From Lytechinus pictus (taxonomy: Eukaryota): a DNA stretch of 64,000 nucleotides. The translations under genes were made by a program, and so were the position numbers. Below the pieces are notes generated by a model. It saw only the letters and a program-made list of their open reading frames with translations. It searched no databases and was not told the DNA's origin. The stretch covers positions 43,526,001 through 43,590,000 of the forward strand of contig NC_087245.1 of assembly GCF_037042905.1 (NCBI RefSeq), given 5' to 3'. Position 1 is the stretch's first letter. Every line of letters begins with the position of its first letter. Shown here in pieces: positions 1-13,873 of this stretch.

Positions 1-3000
1 AAGTGAATAGTATTCAAGTGCGCGATCCACATCTGACTGAGACAAGTTTATGTATTTTAATGTTTTGTTCATCTTTCTTTCTCGGCGTGCTCTTAACACT
101 AAAATTGGGAATCCTTGATGATAATTAGTAATTATTTATCATTTTAAAATCCCTACTTATTTCATTTCACACTCTCAAACCAACCAGATCTGATCTCCGG
201 TTAGCAGTAGAAACTCGCATTTCTGCATGATAAATGATAATAAGCATTGAATATGCATTTGAAAGCGTCATTTCATCATAGTAAGCGATAAATGCACTAA
301 ATGCCGAGTTATATACCGAACAACTGTTGTCAAACATAACCTATTTCATTGTATAAAACTGTTTAAAGCATTCCATCACTGATTTCTAGCAGACGACGCT
401 CAGCCTTAGCAACGAATGTGTTGAAGTGTAGTCGCGGTATAGGGAACACATGAGTATTACAGACCCCCATTGACTCACGTGTTAAATCATAGCTCATCAA
501 AAAATCATCAAAAATCAATCCCACGATAGATTTTGCTTTAATTCTCTGACATTTGTCACAATCAACGGTACATTAAGACCTGATATGTTAATCGGGTACT
601 TGCCCGGCTCAATCAAAAGTTAAGTGGCCTGAAATAAGACTAACCATAATTTCGGCCAGTTCATCGCCAGAAAAACCCGAACTGCATTGTGGGTAATAAT
701 AATTAAAATGAAATACAAAAATGCAGTTTAGCCTCCCCAAAGGCCTTAATTATGAAAGAGTATGAACATGACATTGTTTCTATCATTTATATTTTGATAT
801 ACAAACATTTTGTCCATTTTTAATGAATTATTTTAATCAATAAAGTCATGTGATCTTTACTTACGCCTGTCCGACATGCTTTGCGCGCGGTTGAATTACT
901 CTCATGTGCCCTATACTGAGGGTCGAACAAAGAAAAGTTGAATATTTTGGTCTCAAAAGAAAGAGTGGGTTCTCCTGAAAAGATTGATACCTTGCATTCA
1001 ATACCTAATCTGACTAAACGCGTTAAAAGAAAAGAAAACGTCTCATTAGACGCCCCTCATTTTAATGTAAAAATACAGTGTTCCATTCACATAATTTGTG
1101 CGCTTCCTATAGGCTATGGTATTGCAGCTACAAGTTCTACTTGTTTGATGTCCATCAATGGGCTAAAATATATATTGTGTGGAGTTAAAACTTCTTGTTA
1201 GCATGTTTAATTTTGTTCGAAGTGATTTATTACCTTTTTTATTCGCATAAAAATAAACAAAGTAAATAAAAGAAAATTGATAACAAACAAAGAGTGTACG
1301 CAATTCTTGTGCTCATATCGCCTCTATTCCTCATTATAACTCACGAGCTGGAGGGGGGGTGCTATAGATATATACCATCAACCCCGCCCTGCTTACAAGA
1401 CAGGAGGATGAGGTGTGTACCCCGACTCAGCTCCCCCCCCCCCCCCGCGCGTATATAGCTTTCAACGAAGTGAATAGTATTCAAGTGCGCGATCCACATC
1501 TGACTGAGACAAGTTTATGTATTTTAATGTTTTGTTCATCTTTCTTTCTCGGCGTGCTCTTAACACTAAAATTGGGAATCCTTGATGATAATTAGTAATT
1601 ATTTATCATTTTAAAATCCCTACTTATTTCATTTCACACTCTCAAACCAACCAGATCTGATCTCCGGTTAGCAGTAGAAACTCGCATTTCTGCATGATAA
1701 ATGATAATAAGCATTGAATATGCATTTGAAAGCGTCATTTCATCATAGTAAGCGATAAATGCACTAAATGCCGAGTTATATACCGAACAACTGTTGTCAA
1801 ACATAACCTATTTCATTGTATAAAACTGTTTAAAGCATTCCATCACTGATTTCTAGCAGACGACGCTCAGCCTTAGCAACGAATGTGTTGAAGTGTAGTC
1901 GCGGTATAGGGAACACATGAGTATTACAGACCCCCATTGACTCACGTGTTAAATCATAGCTCATCAAAAAATCATCAAAAATCAATCCCACGATAGATTT
2001 TGCTTTAATTCTCTGACATTTGTCACAATCAACGGTACATTAAGACCTGATATGTTAATCGGGTACTTGCCCGGCTCAATCAAAAGTTAAGTGGCCTGAA
2101 ATAAGACTAACCATAATTTCGGCCAGTTCATCGCCAGAAAAACCCGAACTGCATTGTGGGTAATAATAATTAAAATGAAATACAAAAATGCAGTTTAGCC
2201 TCCCCAAAGGCCTTAATTATGAAAGAGTATGAACATGACATTGTTTCTATCATTTATATTTTGATATACAAACATTTTGTCCATTTTTAATGAATTATTT
2301 TAATCAATAAAGTCATGTGATCTTTACTTACGCCTGTCCGACATGCTTTGCGCGCGGTTGAATTACTCTCATGTGCCCTATACTGAGGGTCGAACAAAGA
2401 AAAGTTGAATATTTTGGTCTCAAAAGAAAGAGTGGGTTCTCCTGAAAAGATTGATACCTTGCATTCAATACCTAATCTGACTAAACGCGTTAAAAGAAAA
2501 GAAAACGTCTCATTAGACGCCCCTCATTTTAATGTAAAAATACAGTGTTCCATTCACATAATTTGTGCGCTTCCTATAGGCTATGGTATTGCAGCTACAA
2601 GTTCTACTTGTTTGATGTCCATCAATGGGCTAAAATATATATTGTGTGGAGTTAAAACTTCTTGTTAGCATGTTTAATTTTGTTCGAAGTGATTTATTAC
2701 CTTTTTTATTCGCATAAAAATAAACAAAGTAAATAAAAGAAAATTGATAACAAACAAAGAGTGTACGCAATTCTTGTGCTCATATCGCCTCTATTCCTCA
2801 TTATAACTCACGAGCTGGAGGGGGGGTGCTATAGATATATACCATCAACCCCGCCCTGCTTACAAGACAGGAGGATGAGGTGTGTACCCCGACTCAGCTC
2901 CCCCCCCCCCCCCCCGCGCGTATATAGCTTTCAACGAAGTGAATAGTATTCAAGTGCGCGATCCACATCTGACTGAGACAAGTTTATGTATTTTAATGTT

Positions 3001-6000
3001 TTGTTCATCTTTCTTTCTCGGCGTGCTCTTAACACTAAAATTGGGAATCCTTGATGATAATTAGTAATTATTTATCATTTTAAAATCCCTACTTATTTCA
3101 TTTCACACTCTCAAACCAACCAGATCTGATCTCCTGTTAGCAGTAGAAACTCGCATTTCTGCATGATAAATGATAATAAGCATTGAATATGCATTTGAAA
3201 GCGTCATTTCATCATAGTAAGCGATAAATGCACTAAATGCCGAGTTATATACCGAACAACTGTTGTCAAACATAACCTATTTCATTGTATAAAACTGTTT
3301 AAAGCATTCCATCACTGATTTCTAGCAGACGACGCTCAGCCTTAGCAACGAATGTGTTGAAGTGTAGTCGCGGTATACTGAGGGTCGAACAAAGAAAAGT
3401 TGAATATTTTGGTCTCAAAAGAAAGAGTGGGTTCTCCTGAAAAGATTGATACCTTGCATTCAATACCTAATCTGACTAAACGCGTTAAAAGAAAAGAAAA
3501 CGTCTCATTAGACGCCCCTCATTTTAATGTAAAAATACAGTGTTCCATTCACATAATTTGTGCGCTTCCTATAGGCTATGGTATTGCAGCTACAAGTTCT
3601 ACTTGTTTGATGTCCATCAATGGGCTAAAATATATATTGTGTGGAGTTAAAACTTCTTGTTAGCATGTTTAATTTTGTTCGAAGTGATTTATTACCTTTT
3701 TTATTCGCATAAAAATAAACAAAGTAAATAAAAGAAAATTGATAACAAACAAAGAGTGTACGCAATTCTTGTGCTCATATCGCCTCTATTCCTCATTATA
3801 ACTCACGAGCTGGAGGGGGGGTGCTATAGATATATACCATCAACCCCGCCCTGCTTACAAGACAGGAGGATGAGGTGTGTACCCCGACTCAGCTCCCCCC
3901 CCCCCCCCGCGCGTATATAGCTTTCAACGAAGTGAATAGTATTCAAGTGCGCGATCCACATCTGACTGAGACAAGTTTATGTATTTTAATGTTTTGTTCA
4001 TCTTTCTTTCTCGGCGTGCTCTTAACACTAAAATTGGGAATCCTTGATGATAATTAGTAATTATTTATCATTTTAAAATCCCTACTTATTTCATTTCACA
4101 CTCTCAAACCAACCAGATCTGATCTCCGGTTAGCAGTAGAAACTCGCATTTCTGCATGATAAATGATAATAAGCATTGAATATGCATTTGAAAGCGTCAT
4201 TTCATCATAGTAAGCGATAAATGCACTAAATGCCGAGTTATATACCGAACAACTGTTGTCAAACATAACCTATTTCATTGTATAAAACTGTTTAAAGCAT
4301 TCCATCACTGATTTCTAGCAGACGACGCTCAGCCTTAGCAACGAATGTGTTGAAGTGTAGTCGCGGTATAGGGAACACATGAGTATTACAGACCCCCATT
4401 GACTCACGTGTTAAATCATAGCTCATCAAAAAATCATCAAAAATCAATCCCACGATAGATTTTGCTTTAATTCTCTGACATTTGTCACAATCAACGGTAC
4501 ATTAAGACCTGATATGTTAATCGGGTACTTGCCCGGCTCAATCAAAAGTTAAGTGGCCTGAAATAAGACTAACCATAATTTCGGCCAGTTCATCGCCAGA
4601 AAAACCCGAACTGCATTGTGGGTAATAATAATTAAAATGAAATACAAAAATGCAGTTTAGCCTCCCCAAAGGCCTTAATTATGAAAGAGTATGAACATGA
4701 CATTGTTTCTATCATTTATATTTTGATATACAAACATTTTGTCCATTTTTAATGAATTATTTTAATCAATAAAGTCATGTGATCTTTACTTACGCCTGTC
4801 CGACATGCTTTGCGCGCGGTTGAATTACTCTCATGTGCCCTATACTGAGGGTCGAACAAAGAAAAGTTGAATATTTTGGTCTCAAAAGAAAGAGTGGGTT
4901 CTCCTGAAAAGATTGATACCTTGCATTCAATACCTAATCTGACTAAACGCGTTAAAAGAAAAGAAAACGTCTCATTAGACGCCCCTCATTTTAATGTAAA
5001 AATACAGTGTTCCATTCACATAATTTGTGCGCTTCCTATAGGCTATGGTATTGCAGCTACAAGTTCTACTTGTTTGATGTCCATCAATGGGCTAAAATAT
5101 ATATTGTGTGGAGTTAAAACTTCTTGTTAGCATGTTTAATTTTGTTCGAAGTGATTTATTACCTTTTTTATTCGCATAAAAATAAACAAAGTAAATAAAA
5201 GAAAATTGATAACAAACAAAGAGTGTACGCAATTCTTGTGCTCATATCGCCTCTATTCCTCATTATAACTCACGAGCTGGAGGGGGGGTGCTATAGATAT
5301 ATACCATCAACCCCGCCCTGCTTACAAGACAGGAGGATGAGGTGTGTACCCCGACTCAGCTCCCCCCCCCCCCCCCCCCCGCGCGTATATAGCTTTCAAC
5401 GAAGTGAATAGTATTCAAGTGCGCGATCCACATCTGACTGAGACAAGTTTATGTATTTTAATGTTTTGTTCATCTTTCTTTCTCGGCGTGCTCTTAACAC
5501 TAAAATTGGGAATCCTTGATGATAATTAGTAATTATTTATCATTTTAAAATCCCTACTTATTTCATTTCACACTCTCAAACCAACCAGATCTGATCTCCT
5601 GTTAGCAGTAGAAACTCGCATTTCTGCATGATAAATGATAATAAGCATTGAATATGCATTTGAAAGCGTCATTTCATCATAGTAAGCGATAAATGCACTA
5701 AATGCCGAGTTATATACCGAACAACTGTTGTCAAACATAACCTATTTCATTGTATAAAACTGTTTAAAGCATTCCATCACTGATTTCTAGCAGACGACGC
5801 TCAGCCTTAGCAACGAATGTGTTGAAGTGTAGTCGCGGTATAGGGAACACATGAGTATTACAGACCCCCATTGACTCACGTGTTAAATCATAGCTCATCA
5901 AAAAATCATCAAAAATCAATCCCACGATAGATTTTGCTTTAATTCTCTGACATTTGTCACAATCAACGGTACATTAAGACCTGATATGTTAATCGGGTAC

Positions 6001-9000
6001 TTGCCCGGCTCAATCAAAAGTTAAGTGGCCTGAAATAAGACTAACCATAATTTCGGCCAGTTCATCGCCAGAAAAACCCGAACTGCATTGTGGGTAATAA
6101 TAATTAAAATGAAATACAAAAATGCAGTTTAGCCTCCCCAAAGGCCTTAATTATGAAAGAGTATGAACATGACATTGTTTCTATCATTTATATTTTGATA
6201 TACAAACATTTTGTCCATTTTTAATGAATTATTTTAATCAATAAAGTCATGTGATCTTTACTTACGCCTGTCCGACATGCTTTGCGCGCGGTTGAATTAC
6301 TCTCATGTGCCCTATACTGAGGGTCGAACAAAGAAAAGTTGAATATTTTGGTCTCAAAAGAAAGAGTGGGTTCTCCTGAAAAGATTGATACCTTGCATTC
6401 AATACCTAATCTGACTAAACGCGTTAAAAGAAAAGAAAACGTCTCATTAGACGCCCCTCATTTTAATGTAAAAATACAGTGTTCCATTCACATAATTTGT
6501 GCGCTTCCTATAGGCTATGGTATTGCAGCTACAAGTTCTACTTGTTTGATGTCCATCAATGGGCTAAAATATATATTGTGTGGAGTTAAAACTTCTTGTT
6601 AGCATGTTTAATTTTGTTCGAAGTGATTTATTACCTTTTTTATTCGCATAAAAATAAACAAAGTAAATAAAAGAAAATTGATAACAAACAAAGAGTGTAC
6701 GCAATTCTTGTGCTCATATCGCCTCTATTCCTCATTATAACTCACGAGCTGGAGGGGGGGTGCTATAGATATATACCATCAACCCCGCCCTGCTTACAAG
6801 ACAGGAGGATGAGGTGTGTACCCCGACTCAGCTCCCCCCCCCCCCCCCCGCGCGTATATAGCTTTCAACGAAGTGAATAGTATTCAAGTGCGCGATCCAC
6901 ATCTGACTGAGACAAGTTTATGTATTTTAATGTTTTGTTCATCTTTCTTTCTCGGCGTGCTCTTAACACTAAAATTGGGAATCCTTGATGATAATTAGTA
7001 ATTATTTATCATTTTAAAATCCCTACTTATTTCATTTCACACTCTCAAACCAACCAGATCTGATCTCCGGTTAGCAGTAGAAACTCGCATTTCTGCATGA
7101 TAAATGATAATAAGCATTGAATATGCATTTGAAAGCGTCATTTCATCATAGTAAGCGATAAATGCACTAAATGCCGAGTTATATACCGAACAACTGTTGT
7201 CAAACATAACCTATTTCATTGTATAAAACTGTTTAAAGCATTCCATCACTGATTTCTAGCAGACGACGCTCAGCCTTAGCAACGAATGTGTTGAAGTGTA
7301 GTCGCGGTATAGGGAACACATGAGTATTACAGACCCCCATTGACTCACGTGTTAAATCATAGCTCATCAAAAAATCATCAAAAATCAATCCCACGATAGA
7401 TTTTGCTTTAATTCTCTGACATTTGTCACAATCAACGGTACATTAAGACCTGATATGTTAATCGGGTACTTGCCCGGCTCAATCAAAAGTTAAGTGGCCT
7501 GAAATAAGACTAACCATAATTTCGGCCAGTTCATCGCCAGAAAAACCCGAACTGCATTGTGGGTAATAATAATTAAAATGAAATACAAAAATGCAGTTTA
7601 GCCTCCCCAAAGGCCTTAATTATGAAAGAGTATGAACATGACATTGTTTCTATCATTTATATTTTGATATACAAACATTTTGTCCATTTTTAATGAATTA
7701 TTTTAATCAATAAAGTCATGTGATCTTTACTTACGCCTGTCCGACATGCTTTGCGCGCGGTTGAATTACTCTCATGTGCCCTATACTGAGGGTCGAACAA
7801 AGAAAAGTTGAATATTTTGGTCTCAAAAGAAAGAGTGGGTTCTCCTGAAAAGATTGATACCTTGCATTCAATACCTAATCTGACTAAACGCGTTAAAAGA
7901 AAAGAAAACGTCTCATTAGACGCCCCTCATTTTAATGTAAAAATACAGTGTTCCATTCACATAATTTGTGCGCTTCCTATAGGCTATGGTATTGCAGCTA
8001 CAAGTTCTACTTGTTTGATGTCCATCAATGGGCTAAAATATATATTGTGTGGAGTTAAAACTTCTTGTTAGCATGTTTAATTTTGTTCGAAGTGATTTAT
8101 TACCTTTTTTATTCGCATAAAAATAAACAAAGTAAATAAAAGAAAATTGATAACAAACAAAGAGTGTACGCAATTCTTGTGCTCATATCGCCTCTATTCC
8201 TCATTATAACTCACGAGCTGGAGGGGGGGTGCTATAGATATATACCATCAACCCCGCCCTGCTTACAAGACAGGAGGATGAGGTGTGTACCCCGACTCAG
8301 CTCCCCCCCCCCCCCCCGCGCGTATATAGCTTTCAACGAAGTGAATAGTATTCAAGTGCGCGATCCACATCTGACTGAGACAAGTTTATGTATTTTAATG
8401 TTTTGTTCATCTTTCTTTCTCGGCGTGCTCTTAACACTAAAATTGGGAATCCTTGATGATAATTAGTAATTATTTATCATTTTAAAATCCCTACTTATTT
8501 CATTTCACACTCTCAAACCAACCAGATCTGATCTCCTGTTAGCAGTAGAAACTCGCATTTCTGCATGATAAATGATAATAAGCATTGAATATGCATTTGA
8601 AAGCGTCATTTCATCATAGTAAGCGATAAATGCACTAAATGCCGAGTTATATACCTAACAACTGTTGTCAAACATAACCTATTTCATTGTATAAAACTGT
8701 TTAAAGCATTCCATCACTGATTTCTAGCAGACGACGCTCAGCCTTAGCAACGAATGTGTTGAAGTGTAGTCGCGGTATACTGAGGGTCGAACAAAGAAAA
8801 GTTGAATATTTTGGTCTCAAAAGAAAGAGTGGGTTCTCCTGAAAAGATTGATACCTTGCATTCAATACCTAATCTGACTAAACGCGTTAAAAGAAAAGAA
8901 AACGTCTCATTAGACGCCCCTCATTTTAATGTAAAAATACAGTGTTCCATTCACATAATTTGTGCGCTTCCTATAGGCTATGGTATTGCAGCTACAAGTT

Positions 9001-12000
9001 CTACTTGTTTGATGTCCATCAATGGGCTAAAATATATATTGTGTGGAGTTAAAACTTCTTGTTAGCATGTTTAATTTTGTTCGAAGTGATTTATTACCTT
9101 TTTTATTCGCATAAAAATAAACAAAGTAAATAAAAGAAAATTGATAACAAACAAAGAGTGTACGCAATTCTTGTGCTCATATCGCCTCTATTCCTCATTA
9201 TAACTCACGAGCTGGAGGGGGGGTGCTATAGATATATACCATCAACCCCGCCCTGCTTACAAGACAGGAGGATGAGGTGTGTACCCCGACTCAGCTCCCC
9301 CCCCCCCCCCGCGCGTATATAGCTTTCAACGAAGTGAATAGTATTCAAGTGCGCGATCCACATCTGACTGAGACAAGTTTATGTATTTTAATGTTTTGTT
9401 CATCTTTCTTTCTCGGCGTGCTCTTAACACTAAAATTGGGAATCCTTGATGATAATTAGTAATTATTTATCATTTTAAAATCCCTACTTATTTCATTTCA
9501 CACTCTCAAACCAACCAGATCTGATCTCCGGTTAGCAGTAGAAACTCGCATTTCTGCATGATAAATGATAATAAGCATTGAATATGCATTTGAAAGCGTC
9601 ATTTCATCATAGTAAGCGATAAATGCACTAAATGCCGAGTTATATACCGAACAACTGTTGTCAAACATAACCTATTTCATTGTATAAAACTGTTTAAAGC
9701 ATTCCATCACTGATTTCTAGCAGACGACGCTCAGCCTTAGCAACGAATGTGTTGAAGTGTAGTCGCGGTATAGGGAACACATGAGTATTACAGACCCCCA
9801 TTGACTCACGTGTTAAATCATAGCTCATCAAAAAATCATCAAAAATCAATCCCACGATAGATTTTGCTTTAATTCTCTGACATTTGTCACAATCAACGGT
9901 ACATTAAGACCTGATATGTTAATCGGGTACTTGCCCGGCTCAATCAAAAGTTAAGTGGCCTGAAATAAGACTAACCATAATTTCGGCCAGTTCATCGCCA
10001 GAAAAACCCGAACTGCATTGTGGGTAATAATAATTAAAATGAAATACAAAAATGCAGTTTAGCCTCCCCAAAGGCCTTAATTATGAAAGAGTATGAACAT
10101 GACATTGTTTCTATCATTTATATTTTGATATACAAACATTTTGTCCATTTTTAATGAATTATTTTAATCAATAAAGTCATGTGATCTTTACTTACGCCTG
10201 TCCGACATGCTTTGCGCGCGGTTGAATTACTCTCATGTGCCCTATACTGAGGGTCGAACAAAGAAAAGTTGAATATTTTGGTCTCAAAAGAAAGAGTGGG
10301 TTCTCCTGAAAAGATTGATACCTTGCATTCAATACCTAATCTGACTAAACGCGTTAAAAGAAAAGAAAACGTCTCATTAGACGCCCCTCATTTTAATGTA
10401 AAAATACAGTGTTCCATTCACATAATTTGTGCGCTTCCTATAGGCTATGGTATTGCAGCTACAAGTTCTACTTGTTTGATGTCCATCAATGGGCTAAAAT
10501 ATATATTGTGTGGAGTTAAAACTTCTTGTTAGCATGTTTAATTTTGTTCGAAGTGATTTATTACCTTTTTTATTCGCATAAAAATAAACAAAGTAAATAA
10601 AAGAAAATTGATAACAAACAAAGAGTGTACGCAATTCTTGTGCTCATATCGCCTCTATTCCTCATTATAACTCACGAGCTGGAGGGGGGGTGCTATAGAT
10701 ATATACCATCAACCCCGCCCTGCTTACAAGACAGGAGGATGAGGTGTGTACCCCGACTCAGCTCCCCCCCCCCCCCCCCCGCGCGTATATAGCTTTCAAC
10801 GAAGTGAATAGTATTCAAGTGCGCGATCCACATCTGACTGAGACAAGTTTATGTATTTTAATGTTTTGTTCATCTTTCTTTCTCGGCGTGCTCTTAACAC
10901 TAAAATTGGGAATCCTTGATGATAATTAGTAATTATTTATCATTTTAAAATCCCTACTTATTTCATTTCACACTCTCAAACCAACCAGATCTGATCTCCT
11001 GTTAGCAGTAGAAACTCGCATTTCTGCATGATAAATGATAATAAGCATTGAATATGCATTTGAAAGCGTCATTTCATCATAGTAAGCGATAAATGCACTA
11101 AATGCCGAGTTATATACCGAACAACTGTTGTCAAACATAACCTATTTCATTGTATAAAACTGTTTAAAGCATTCCATCACTGATTTCTAGCAGACGACGC
11201 TCAGCCTTAGCAACGAATGTGTTGAAGTGTAGTCGCGGTATACTGAGGGTCGAACAAAGAAAAGTTGAATATTTTGGTCTCAAAAGAAAGAGTGGGTTCT
11301 CCTGAAAAGATTGATACCTTGCATTCAATACCTAATCTGACTAAACGCGTTAAAAGAAAAGAAAACGTCTCATTAGACGCCCCTCATTTTAATGTAAAAA
11401 TACAGTGTTCCATTCACATAATTTGTGCGCTTCCTATAGGCTATGGTATTGCAGCTACAAGTTCTACTTGTTTGATGTCCATCAATGGGCTAAAATATAT
11501 ATTGTGTGGAGTTAAAACTTCTTGTTAGCATGTTTAATTTTGTTCGAAGTGATTTATTACCTTTTTTATTCGCATAAAAATAAACAAAGTAAATAAAAGA
11601 AAATTGATAACAAACAAAGAGTGTACGCAATTCTTGTGCTCATATCGCCTCTATTCCTCATTATAACTCACGAGCTGGAGGGGGGGGGTGCTATAGATAT
11701 ATACCATCAACCCCGCCCTGCTTACAAGACAGGAGGATGAGGTGTGTACCCCGACTCAGCTCCCCCCCCCCCCGCGCGTATATAGCTTTCAACGAAGTGA
11801 ATAGTATTCAAGTGCGCGATCCACATCTGACTGAGACAAGTTTATGTATTTTAATGTTTTGTTCATCTTTCTTTCTCGGCGTGCTCTTAACACTAAAATT
11901 GGGAATCCTTGATGATAATTAGTAATTATTTATCATTTTAAAATCCCTACTTATTTCATTTCACACTCTCAAACCAACCAGATCTGATCTCCGGTTAGCA

Positions 12001-12707
12001 GTAGAAACTCGCATTTCTGCATGATAAATGATAATAAGCATTGAATATGCATTTGAAAGCGTCATTTCATCATAGTAAGCGATAAATGCACTAAATGCCG
12101 AGTTATATACCGAACAACTGTTGTCAAACATAACCTATTTCATTGTATAAAACTGTTTAAAGCATTCCATCACTGATTTCTAGCAGACGACGCTCAGCCT
12201 TAGCAACGAATGTGTTGAAGTGTAGTCGCGGTATAGGGAACACATGAGTATTACAGACCCCCATTGACTCACGTGTTAAATCATAGCTCATCAAAAAATC
12301 ATCAAAAATCAATCCCACGATAGATTTTGCTTTAATTCTCTGACATTTGTCACAATCAACGGTACATTAAGACCTGATATGTTAATCGGGTACTTGCCCG
12401 GCTCAATCAAAAGTTAAGTGGCCTGAAATAAGACTAACCATAATTTCGGCCAGTTCATCGCCAGAAAAACCCGAACTGCATTGTGGGTAATAATAATTAA
12501 AATGAAATACAAAAATGCAGTTTAGCCTCCCCAAAGGCCTTAATTATGAAAGAGTATGAACATGACATTGTTTCTATCATTTATATTTTGATATACAAAC
12601 ATTTTGTCCATTTTTAATGAATTATTTTAATCAATAAAGTCATGTGATCTTTACTTACGCCTGTCCGACATGCTTTGCGCGCGGTTGAATTACTCTCATG
12701 TGCCCTA
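1..12707. repeat. Two-module tandem array (long units ~1467-1472 bp, short units ~994-996 bp); runs off the left edge of the window
   Basis: The identical 87-codon ORF recurs at 938, 2405, 3400, 4867, 6339, 7808, 8802, 10269 and 11265. Units differ only in presence/absence of a 474-bp block, homopolymer lengths and a few SNPs. Confidence 0.98.
442..911. mobile_element. Module A: 470-bp non-autonomous transposon-like element (further copies 1909-2378, 4371-4840, 5843-6312, 7312-7781, 9773-10242, 12236-12705)
   Basis: Filled site gcggTATA-GGGAACACATGAGTA...TACTCTCATGTGCCC-TATActga versus empty site gcggTATActga (3374, 8776, 11239). Imperfect terminal inverted repeats and no coding capacity. 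Confidence 0.75.
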
Positions 12708-13873
12708 GACTGGGGTTGGGGAAGGCCAACAAACGTAGAGGGCAGCAACACTTTGCAATATTTCTTTTGTTTTGCTGCTCTCTACGTTCTTTGGGCAGGA
12801 CTCTGAGAACGATATTTTAACTGTGGGGGGGGGGGGGGGGTCCTGATGTGAATTTAACAAGCAAAAAAAATCACCAAAAAATTGAGGTAATTTTGGTCCC
12901 GAAAAAAATTGATAAGCAAAAAAAAAAAGGGGGGATTTTTGTGTTAAATTTATCAATTTTTCACACCTAGAATTTCAGGGGGTGCTGCCAATGGAAAATA
13001 ATACACGCATCACCCCCAGGAAAATCTTGGGGTTGCTTCAGTAACCCCAGCACCCTCGCTTCCCAGGGCCATGATGAGGATCATATACATCAAATTGGGA
13101 TTGAACCATTTTAATAAATGTTTTAATTACTGCAACATATGGGAAACTATACTCACCCGGACTGAAATTTGGAAAAGAAAACGTGAATAGCTTTTTGTCA
13201 TACGTATCCCAATTCTGTAAATTTCGTGAATGAACAATCCTAAGTGTTCTTGAATAAAAATCGTGACTCCAGTATTGACAGATTTCTAATTGCAAATAAA
13301 GGTAACTGAACACACCTGTATATCAGATCTGAACAACACCACTTATATAACGTTTCATTAACATATTTTCTGGTTTGTTTTGTTTATCTAAAATACCATG
13401 ATCTGAGAACACAATGCATAAACAGTTTCTGCTATGCCTAGTTATCATATATCTTTTACATGCATGTATATATTGCTCTAAATTAATATCATATATTATA
13501 TCTCGCTATTCACACATTCTAGTAGTAGTAATAACAGAACAAATGATATAGGCCTTATACATTGGCGTCACCTTAGACATAATAGAGTCTGAAGACATTG
13601 CCTTGCATGCGATGATGATCTGCAGCTGGCGCATCTCTGTCAAGTACTCGGTTTAGGCGTACTCCTATTTCCTCTGAGTGAGGGGACTATGAAATTATAA
13701 CGTCAAATATATAAGCCTATAGCTATTATATTTACAAAAGGGCACTATGAAATTACGACGTCACTGGCATAAGATCTTCAGCTATTATTTACAAAAGCTC
13801 AATTGCTTCATCTTTTGAGTTCGGAATGGACCCGCGGTCCTATATCGGCTCCCCTCTCCGCTAAATAAATACT

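Noticed and set aside
1433..11773. Variable poly-C tract (12-19 C) as a phase-variation switch
   Set aside because: No credible ORF is affected, and homopolymer length is a common sequencing error.
938..11922. Repeated 60-100-aa ORFs in the array
   Set aside because: Non-ATG starts, no recognisable domain, and frames change with poly-C length. Their identity only reflects the tandem repeat.
1..12707. snRNA, 5S, tRNA or histone gene cluster, or a CRISPR-like array
   Set aside because: I found no U1, U2, U6, 5S, tRNA or histone signature on either strand by eye (an Infernal search is still needed), and there are no unique spacers.
12695..12710. Helitron 3' end (CTAG) at the array terminus
   Set aside because: Internal copies read CTAT, the next base is A rather than T, and no clear subterminal hairpin is seen.
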